Part shown: positions 8,906-16,175 of the stretch, one piece after another
Layout of the letters: each line of letters begins with the position of its first letter
Position numbering within the stretch: position 1 is the first letter of the stretch
Source: Promethearchaeota archaeon
GTDB lineage: Archaea > Asgardarchaeota > Lokiarchaeia > Sigyniarchaeales > SOKP01
NCBI GenBank assembly: GCA_016839765.1
Contig: JAEOTP010000093.1
Span: 1-19,489, forward strand
Length of the DNA: 19,489 nucleotides
Reading direction: 5' to 3'
Translations under genes and position numbers: made by a program
The notes under the pieces: model-generated
Databases searched by the model: none
What the model saw: the letters and a program-made list of their open reading frames with translations, nothing else
What the model was told of the DNA's origin: nothing

Positions 8906-9472
8906 ATGAAAGTTGTACTATTTAATGGAAGCCCTAGAAAGGAAGGAAATACTTATCATTGTTTGAATATTGTTATGGAAGAGCTGAAAAAAGAAGGAAT
9001 AGAGTGCGAATATATCTGGATAGGGATGGAAAAAATACGAGGTTGTACCGCTTGTTTAGAATGTATTGAGAATGATGATCAAAGATGCGTGTTGCCAGAT
9101 GATAAAATGAATGAATATATCCGAGCAATGCTGGAGTCTGATGGAATAATCATTGGTTCTCCAACTTATTTTTCTGATTTATCAACGAATACAAAAGCTC
9201 TAATAGAACGTGCTGGGTATGCTACTGGAAGACATTTAAGACATAAAGTAGGTGCTGCTGTAGTAGCTGTTAGACGTGCTGGTGCTAATCATGTCTTTTC
9301 AAGTATCAATTTCTTCTTTTTAATCAAGGAAATGATAGTAGTAGGAAGCACCTATTGGAATGTGGGTATTGGAAAAAAACCTGGGGAAGTTTTAGACGAT
9401 GAAGAAGGGGTTGAAACCTTCCAGAATCTAGGGAAAAATATAGCCCAAGTACTGAAAAAACTAAAAAGCTAA
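8906..9472 (+). CDS. Iron-sulfur flavoprotein (Isf) / NADPH-dependent FMN reductase-flavodoxin family
   Basis: FMN-phosphate loop NGSPRKEGNT, Cys motif CTACLEC-x7-C (CX2CX2CX4-7C), DGIIIGSPTYF, KALIER and DEEGVETFQNLGKN. Confidence 0.92.
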   Translation: MKVVLFNGSPRKEGNTYHCLNIVMEELKKEGIECEYIWIGMEKIRGCTACLECIENDDQRCVLPDDKMNEYIRAMLESDGIIIGSPTYFSDLSTNTKALIERAGYATGRHLRHKVGAAVVAVRRAGANHVFSSINFFFLIKEMIVVGSTYWNVGIGKKPGEVLDDEEGVETFQNLGKNIAQVLKKLKS

Positions 9473-9492
9473 TTTTTTTTTCCTTTTTTCTT
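9473..9492 (+). terminator. Oligo-T archaeal terminator after the Isf gene
   Basis: TTTTTTTTTCCTTTTTTCTT immediately after TAA. Confidence 0.6.
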
Positions 9493-9687
9493 AAAAATAT
9501 GAGAAGTTTGATTTTTTTTCTTTTTTAAAAAGGAATCTTTTACATCTCAATGAATTTAAATAAAAGTTTTTTCATATATTTTAAAGAGATATAACATATT
9601 TTCTTCGTAATAATTTATCAAATTTACTTTTAAATTAAGCTGGTATAAAAAATAAAATGGTATAAAGAAGAGGTATTTAAATTAGAT

Positions 9688-11937
9688 TTGAAATATTCAA
9701 AAAGAATCTTTTTTCTTACTTTAATTCTTATTGGTTTTGTATTAGGATTTTTCTCTCAAATTAATTACTCGAAAGCTCAAGTTGAAGGAGAATCTTTAGC
9801 TTTTCCTGTTAATTTCACAATGGAAGAATTTACTGAAAGTTTTGATAGCTTGGATAATGTAACCTCATTTGAAATTCCTCTACCCTCAAGTTCTTGGAAC
9901 TTAACTAATTTACAACTAAATTTTTCAAATATTAACCTACAACGTGAAATAAAACCAATTGAGGATCAGCATCATGGAGATTATGGAAATATATATTATA
10001 CAACTCCTTCAAAGAGAACTCATGGACTTGGAGTTCAAATAAATTTAACTGAAACCACTAGAATATTTGGGGCATATATTTATGGATACAAAAGCCCTGA
10101 AACAACAGAAGTCATTCAAGTTCAAATACGAGGATATAATGATGCAGAAAACAAACCGAATGATACAATATATGCTTTTACTAATATCAACGTTTCCTTA
10201 ATTCCGGGATGGTATTTACAAACTTTTAATTCTTCAGTAAGACTTCCAAAGGGTAATTATTATTTAGTTTTATTTGGTATTGTTTCTGGAGGCACCGATT
10301 ATTATTGGGCTTATAATGAAGATGATCCGAAAGATCCAAACCTTTATACATCAAAATATACAAATATTTGGAATATTGGAGTTCAAAATGCTCCTTATCT
10401 ATATAAATTGATTCAAAAAGTAAATAAAAGTTACAATCCAGAAGAAATTAATATGACTGCCGAAATTAATGGGGGATCCTATGACATTTTAAATTCTACA
10501 AATCCTTACTCTGGAATTCTATCCATTAATGGATTGAATTGGAATATAAACGATACTAATTTACACGTACCTATAAAAAATGATTTAGATATTGAATTAA
10601 ATTTTACTATTGATTACAATATTAAGCTAAAAAATTATCTACCTTCTAATGCATCAGTTTTAATTGAAGCAGATAAGGACAATATCTGGACTCTACCTCC
10701 AAAAATTACTAAATATTTCTGGAATTATTCTATAAAATTTTATTATCCTTCTAATTGGAATGATTTAATGGTTTTTAGAGATGGTGTAAATATTTCCTCT
10801 TTAGTTTATATTGATCCACTTGAAAAATCACTTCTTATAACAAATGACATTATTATTAATGGAGCAGAATGGAATATTACTGCTACTTCTCCATTATTCA
10901 ATTTTGGGTTAGATATACGTCGTTATGAATATGAGCCTGGTCAAGAATTAAGATTTTTAATAGATGAACCACCAACACCAGGTACTTATACCTTAAAATT
11001 ATATGATCCTGTTCATTTACCAATTGATGATGCCCAACAAACTATATCGTTACCAGGAGAAACAAATCTATTTACCTATACGTTTGATACACACCCACTA
11101 GAAGGAGAATATCATGCATACGTTTACTTTTTCGATGGAACAAATGCAGGTGTAGAAACTGCTACATTTATTATAACTGTTCCTTTTACAATTGATCCCT
11201 TAACACTATTTCTTATTATTTTAGCATCAGTCATAGTTATATCAGTTACCATCTCTATTGTAGTTTCTGTGAAAAAGCATAAAAGGAAAATTGAAGCTTA
11301 TAAAGAAGAAATATTCAATAAATGCATGGATATTTTAAATCTAAACTATATTATGGTTTCTGAGAAGAAATCCTCATTAAATGTATATGAGCAAGTATTT
11401 ACCACACAGAAACTTGATCCCACACTTATTTCTGGATTTTTATCAGCCATACACTCTTTTGGAATTGAATTAACCAATACTGATGATAAAACGCAAACAA
11501 TTAAGCTGGAATATAAAAACTCAAAAGTTTTGATGTCAGAATTTAAAGATTTTAGAATAGTAATAATTATGAATGAATTGCCCTCACAAAATTTCTTCGA
11601 TTCAATAAGTAATTTAGCTTTTGATATAGAACTTTATTATAGTAGGTATCTTGAAAATTTTAGAGGAAACATAGACCCATTTAAAGGAATTGAAAATCTA
11701 CTTAAAAAGCATTTAAATATCTCATTTTTATATCCATTAAAAATAGTAAAATCTGGAAAAACTAAAATATCTCCAACTGAAAAAATAATAATTGGGCGGG
11801 CATTAGAATCAATGAAAAAAAATAATCAAAATTATTTCTATATTACACATATTATGGAAGTAAAAGCTTGTGATTCTAAGGATATCGAAGCTATTTTTAA
11901 TTTACTTGATAAAAATATCTTTCAACCAGTTATATAA
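9688..11937 (+). CDS. Single-pass surface glycoprotein with cytoplasmic longin-like + winged-helix-like domains (paralog 1)
   Basis: TTG start with GAGGT SD; signal peptide ending ~SKA|Q; about 17 N-x-S/T sequons in the ectodomain; TM at 11200-11271 followed by KKHKRK; longin pattern YIMVSE-LNVYEQ-DPTLISGFLSAIHSFGIEL-TIKLEY-KVLMSE-FRIVIIM-helix-helix (~11341-11715). Confidence 0.88.
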   Translation: MKYSKRIFFLTLILIGFVLGFFSQINYSKAQVEGESLAFPVNFTMEEFTESFDSLDNVTSFEIPLPSSSWNLTNLQLNFSNINLQREIKPIEDQHHGDYGNIYYTTPSKRTHGLGVQINLTETTRIFGAYIYGYKSPETTEVIQVQIRGYNDAENKPNDTIYAFTNINVSLIPGWYLQTFNSSVRLPKGNYYLVLFGIVSGGTDYYWAYNEDDPKDPNLYTSKYTNIWNIGVQNAPYLYKLIQKVNKSYNPEEINMTAEINGGSYDILNSTNPYSGILSINGLNWNINDTNLHVPIKNDLDIELNFTIDYNIKLKNYLPSNASVLIEADKDNIWTLPPKITKYFWNYSIKFYYPSNWNDLMVFRDGVNISSLVYIDPLEKSLLITNDIIINGAEWNITATSPLFNFGLDIRRYEYEPGQELRFLIDEPPTPGTYTLKLYDPVHLPIDDAQQTISLPGETNLFTYTFDTHPLEGEYHAYVYFFDGTNAGVETATFIITVPFTIDPLTLFLIILASVIVISVTISIVVSVKKHKRKIEAYKEEIFNKCMDILNLNYIMVSEKKSSLNVYEQVFTTQKLDPTLISGFLSAIHSFGIELTNTDDKTQTIKLEYKNSKVLMSEFKDFRIVIIMNELPSQNFFDSISNLAFDIELYYSRYLENFRGNIDPFKGIENLLKKHLNISFLYPLKIVKSGKTKISPTEKIIIGRALESMKKNNQNYFYITHIMEVKACDSKDIEAIFNLLDKNIFQPVI

Positions 11938-11943
11938 ATAACC

Positions 11944-11952
11944 TCTTTTTTT
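11944..11952 (+). terminator. T-tract terminator candidate after paralog 1
   Basis: TCTTTTTTT starting 7 nt after the stop codon. Confidence 0.45.
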
Positions 11953-11976
11953 AAACTTTCTATTACTCAGACTTCA

Positions 11977-12018
11977 GGAAAAAATGTTGCCTATGTCCTT
12001 AAGAAACTTAACAGCTAA
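11977..12018 (+). pseudogene. Relic of the 3' end of an Isf flavoprotein gene (GKNVAYVLKKLNS*)
   Basis: Aligns without gaps to 9431-9472 (GKNIAQVLKKLKS*): 32/42 nt, 10/13 aa, same stop codon, same position relative to the downstream paralog. Weaker similarity may extend back to ~11953. Confidence 0.85.
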
Positions 12019-12213
12019 TCTCCATTTTTATTTTTTCTTTTGAAATGGGATATTCTATACCTAATAGATTTAAATATAAGTTTTTTTATATATCTTTAAA
12101 GACAAATATGTCAAGGTATTTTACATAATATCAACTAATCATTTGTCATAAGGTTAAGGTTATTATTGGTATAAAAAATAAAATTCTAGGAAAAAGGGGT
12201 ATTTAAGTTAGAT

Positions 12214-14463
12214 TTGAAACGTTTAAAAAGAATCTTTTTTCTTAATTTAATTCTTATAGCTTTTGTATTAGGATTTTTCTCCCAAATTGATTACTCTAAA
12301 GCTCAAGTTGAGGGAGAATCTTTAACTTTTCCTGCTAATTTCACAATGGAAGAATTTACTGAAAATATTAACAGATTGGATAATACCACATCAATTGAGA
12401 TTCCTCTGCCCTCAAGGTCTTGGAATCTAACTGGTTTACAATTAAATTTCTCAAATATTAAACTACAAAGTGAAATAAAACCAATTGAGGATCAAGAACA
12501 TGGAGATTATGGACCTATTTATTATACAACTCATTCCCGGAAAGTTTATGGACTTGGAGTTCAACTAAATTTAACTGAAACTACTACAATATTTGGTGCG
12601 TATATTTATGGTTATAAAAGTCCCGAAACAACAGAACTTATCCAGTTTCAAATACGGGGATATAATGAGGCAGAAAACAAACCGAATGATACAATATATG
12701 CGTTTACTAACATCAACATTTCCTTAATTCCGGGATGGTATTTACAAAGTTTTAATTCTTCAGTAAAACTTCCAAAAGGTAATTATTATTTAGTTTTATT
12801 TAGTATTGTTTCTGGAGACACCAATTATTACTGGGCTTATAATGAAGTGGATCCGAAGAATCTGAACCTTTATACATCAAAATATACAAATAATTGGAAT
12901 AGTGGAGTTCAAAATGCTCCTTATCTATATAAATTGATTCAAAAAGTAAATAAAAGTTATAATCCGGAAGAAATTAATATGACTGCTGAGATTAATGGGA
13001 GGTCCTATGATATTTTAAATTCCACAAGCCCTTACTCTGGAATTCTATCAGTTAATGGATTGAATTGGAACGTCAACGATACCAATTTACATATACCTAT
13101 AAAAAATGATTTAGATATTGAATTAAATTTTACTCTTGATTACGATGTTAAGCTTAACAATTATCTATCTTCTAATGCTTCAGTTTTAATTGAAGCAGAA
13201 AAAGACAATATCTGGACTCTAACTCCAAAAATTACTAAATATTTCTGGAATTATTCTATAAAATTTTCTTATCCCTCTAATTGGAATGATTTAATGGTTT
13301 TTAGAGATGGTGTAAATATTTCCTCTTTAATTCATATTGATCCACTTGAAAAATCAATTCTTATATCAAATAATACTATTATTAATGGAGCAGAATGGAA
13401 TATTACTGCTACTTCTCCATTATTCAATTTTGGTTTAGATATACGTCTTTATGAATATGGGCCTGGTCAAGAATTAAGATTTTTAATAGATGAATCCCCA
13501 ACACCAGGTAATTATACTTTAATATTATATGATCCCGTTTATTTGCCAATTGACGATGCTCAACAAACTATATCATTACCAGCAGAAACAAATCTATTTT
13601 CCTACACGTTCGACACACACCCACTAGAAGGAGAATATCATGCATATGTTTACTTTTTCGATGGAACAAATGCAGGTTTAGAAACTGCTACATTTATTAT
13701 AACAGTTCCTTTTATAATTGATCCCATAACATTATTTCTTATTATTTTAGCATCAGTAGTAGGTATATCAGTTACCACCTCTATTGTAGTAGTTGTAAAA
13801 AAACATAAAAGAAAAGTTGAAGCTTATAAAGAAGAAATATTCAATAAATGCATGGATATTATAAATATAAACTACATTATGGTTTCTGAGAAGAAATCCT
13901 CATTAAATGTATATGAGCAAGTATTCACCACACAGAAACTTGATCCCACACTTATTTCTGGATTTTTATCAGCCATACACTCTTTTGGAATTGAATTAAC
14001 CAATACTGATGAGAAAACGCAAACAATTAAGCTGGAATATAAGAACTCAAAAGTCTTAATGTCAGAATTTAAAGACTTTAGAATAGTTATAATTATGAAT
14101 GAATTACCCTCACAAAAATTCTTAGATTCATTAAGTAATTTAGCTTTTAATTTAGAAACTCAATATAGTAGATATCTTGAAAATTTTAAAGGAAACATAG
14201 ACCCCTTTAAAGGAATTGAAAATCTACTTAAAAAGCATTTAAATATCTCATTTTTATATCCATTAAAAATAGTAAAAACTGGAAAAACAAAAGTATCTCC
14301 AACTGAAAAAATGATGATTGGGCGGGCATTAGAATCAATGAAAAAAAATAAGCAAAAGTATTTCTACATAACACATATTATGGAAGTAAAAGCTTGTGAT
14401 TCTAAGGATATCGAAGCTATTTTTAATTTACTTGATAAAAATATCTTTCAACCAGTTATATAA
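12214..14463 (+). CDS. Single-pass surface glycoprotein with cytoplasmic longin-like + winged-helix-like domains (paralog 2)
   Basis: TTG start with GGGGT SD; same length and architecture as paralog 1; TM ~13726-13797; longin-like region ~13867-14241. Confidence 0.88.
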   Translation: MKRLKRIFFLNLILIAFVLGFFSQIDYSKAQVEGESLTFPANFTMEEFTENINRLDNTTSIEIPLPSRSWNLTGLQLNFSNIKLQSEIKPIEDQEHGDYGPIYYTTHSRKVYGLGVQLNLTETTTIFGAYIYGYKSPETTELIQFQIRGYNEAENKPNDTIYAFTNINISLIPGWYLQSFNSSVKLPKGNYYLVLFSIVSGDTNYYWAYNEVDPKNLNLYTSKYTNNWNSGVQNAPYLYKLIQKVNKSYNPEEINMTAEINGRSYDILNSTSPYSGILSVNGLNWNVNDTNLHIPIKNDLDIELNFTLDYDVKLNNYLSSNASVLIEAEKDNIWTLTPKITKYFWNYSIKFSYPSNWNDLMVFRDGVNISSLIHIDPLEKSILISNNTIINGAEWNITATSPLFNFGLDIRLYEYGPGQELRFLIDESPTPGNYTLILYDPVYLPIDDAQQTISLPAETNLFSYTFDTHPLEGEYHAYVYFFDGTNAGLETATFIITVPFIIDPITLFLIILASVVGISVTTSIVVVVKKHKRKVEAYKEEIFNKCMDIININYIMVSEKKSSLNVYEQVFTTQKLDPTLISGFLSAIHSFGIELTNTDEKTQTIKLEYKNSKVLMSEFKDFRIVIIMNELPSQKFLDSLSNLAFNLETQYSRYLENFKGNIDPFKGIENLLKKHLNISFLYPLKIVKTGKTKVSPTEKMMIGRALESMKKNKQKYFYITHIMEVKACDSKDIEAIFNLLDKNIFQPVI

Positions 14464-14522
14464 ATATATTATTTTGAGATTTATTTCATTTTCAATTAAG
14501 AAAGTTATTTATTTTTAAAAAT

Positions 14523-14540
14523 CGAAATAGTGTTTATATA
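14523..14540 (+). promoter_or_regulatory. BRE/TATA promoter candidate for the sulfatase (CGAAATAG..TTTATATA)
   Basis: TTTATATA at 14533-14540 with a purine-rich BRE-like element upstream, about 33 nt before ATG 14573. No SD, consistent with a leaderless or short-leader mRNA. Confidence 0.5.
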
Positions 14541-14572
14541 CTTTCTAATTATTATCTTCTACTTATTATTTG

Positions 14573-16102
14573 ATGCCTATGAGTGAAAAAATGAATGTAT
14601 TATTTATAATAACTGATGCTCAACGTGCTGATCATATGGGATGTGCTGGAAATCCCATAGTAAAAACACCTAATCTCGATAGGTTGGCGAGTGAAGGAAT
14701 TCGATTTACGAATCACTTCTGTACTAATCCTATCTGTATGCCCAATAGAGCTACTTTAGCTACAGGTGTATATCCTAATGTTCATGGGGTTAGAAGTAAT
14801 GGTATAAATCTGCGACAAGATATTCCAACAGTATTTCAAACATTAAGGAAAAGAGGATGGTATACTGCAGCTATTGGTAAAATTCACCATCAATATTGGC
14901 TTGGACCATTCCGTCATAAGAGTAGATCTGCGGAAAGTTTAACTGATTGGGCTACAGCAAAAGATAAAACATATCCCATTAGAGATAATTTTCCTCTTCC
15001 TTATTATGGGTATAATGAAGTAGAATTAATTTCTGGTAACGGTACAGTTTGTTCAGGCCATTATCTTCAGTGGTTAGAAGAGAAATCACCAAAATACGCT
15101 GAAGAAATGAAAAAGAGGGTTCAAAATTATGATAATCTTTTTAGTCTTTTTTGTGATGGGATTCCTGAAGATTTATATAATACTACATATGTGAAAGAAC
15201 GTACTATAGCATTTTTAGAGAGATATGCAAATGGAGATTATGGCAATATACCCTTTTATTTACATTGCTCCTTTCCAGATCCGCATTATCCATTATACCC
15301 CCCCAAACGCTATCAAGATATGTATAAGCCTAATGATATTATACTTCCTCCAAGTTTTAACGATATCAAAAATTTATACAACCATAAATTCTTAGGATAT
15401 CATTTAAAGAACCCCCCCTTTAAAAAGGCATTCTTACGCGAATCTACAGAAGAGGAAATACGAAAAATTACCGCATTAACATATGCAGCAATATCATATG
15501 TAGATTATAGTGTAGGTCAAATTATTGCTGCCCTAGAGAAGTTAGGTTATTCAGATGATACGATTATTATTTTCATGAGCGATCATGGAGATTTAATGGG
15601 GGATCACGGTTTATTATTTAAAGGTCCTTGTCCATATAATGGAGTTTTACAACTTCCATTAATATGGAAAGTACCAGGAATAACAAAATCGGGGATTTCA
15701 AATTCTTTATTAAGCTCAATTGACTATCCAAAAACCATTTTAAATCTTTTAAATATTTCTGAAAAATATCAACCCCCAGATATGCAGGGTTGTGATATAT
15801 CACCAATCTTAAAGGATCCAAACATGAAAATAAGAGATTGTGTTTTTATTGAGAATGATGAGGAAGTAGGTCCTTTAAAATCCAGATTAAGACATCTAGT
15901 CACAGAAGAATACAAATTAACAATTTATGAAGGTTTAAGCAATTTTGGAGATATTTATGATCGAAGAAATGATCCCCACGAATTAAATAATTTATGGTAT
16001 AATACAACTTTCAGAGAAAAGAGGTTTGAGTTGGTGAGTAAGTTATTACAAGAAAATTTGACGGCTCAAACAAAATATCCGAAAAGAATAGCGGGAACAT
16101 AA
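14573..16102 (+). CDS. Cys-type formylglycine-dependent sulfatase (family S1, choline-sulfatase/arylsulfatase-like), cytoplasmic
   Basis: NVLFIITDAQRAD, KTPNLDRLA, signature CMPNRATLATG (CxPxR), GKIH, SFPDPHYP, SDHGDLMGDHGLLFKG and DPHELNNL; no signal peptide. Start is uncertain (TTG 14570, ATG 14573 or ATG 14579). Confidence 0.93.
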   Translation: MPMSEKMNVLFIITDAQRADHMGCAGNPIVKTPNLDRLASEGIRFTNHFCTNPICMPNRATLATGVYPNVHGVRSNGINLRQDIPTVFQTLRKRGWYTAAIGKIHHQYWLGPFRHKSRSAESLTDWATAKDKTYPIRDNFPLPYYGYNEVELISGNGTVCSGHYLQWLEEKSPKYAEEMKKRVQNYDNLFSLFCDGIPEDLYNTTYVKERTIAFLERYANGDYGNIPFYLHCSFPDPHYPLYPPKRYQDMYKPNDIILPPSFNDIKNLYNHKFLGYHLKNPPFKKAFLRESTEEEIRKITALTYAAISYVDYSVGQIIAALEKLGYSDDTIIIFMSDHGDLMGDHGLLFKGPCPYNGVLQLPLIWKVPGITKSGISNSLLSSIDYPKTILNLLNISEKYQPPDMQGCDISPILKDPNMKIRDCVFIENDEEVGPLKSRLRHLVTEEYKLTIYEGLSNFGDIYDRRNDPHELNNLWYNTTFREKRFELVSKLLQENLTAQTKYPKRIAGT

Positions 16103-16137
16103 GTTTAATCTTTATTGAATTTAATTTATTCAAATTG

Positions 16138-16152
16138 AATAAAGATTTATAT
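16138..16152 (+). promoter_or_regulatory. BRE/TATA candidate for the TauE/SafE gene (AATAAAGA-TTTATAT)
   Basis: TATA-like element at 16146-16152, about 24-30 nt upstream of ATG 16176, which is leaderless spacing. Confidence 0.4.
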
Positions 16153-16175
16153 TTCTGAAAATGGATTAATTAACA

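Larger units (their letters stand above)
9431..14466 (+). repeat. Tandem direct duplication of about 2.5 kb (unit 1 ~9431-11940, unit 2 ~11977-14466) = Isf 3' tail + intergenic/promoter + membrane longin gene
   Basis: The CDSs are colinear at offset 2526 with no indels (both 749 aa, about 88% aa identity by my count). Upstream regions align (GGTATAAAAAATAAAAT..G(A/G)GGTATTTAA.TTAGATTTG) and the Isf tail is repeated at 11977-12018. Confidence 0.92.

Noticed and set aside
9688-14463. Diversity-generating retroelement (TR/VR) explanation for the near-identical copies
   Set aside because: No reverse transcriptase in the window, both copies are full-length genes, and the differences are not restricted to adenines.
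15618-15821. 67-aa minus-strand ORF
   Set aside because: Antisense inside the sulfatase.
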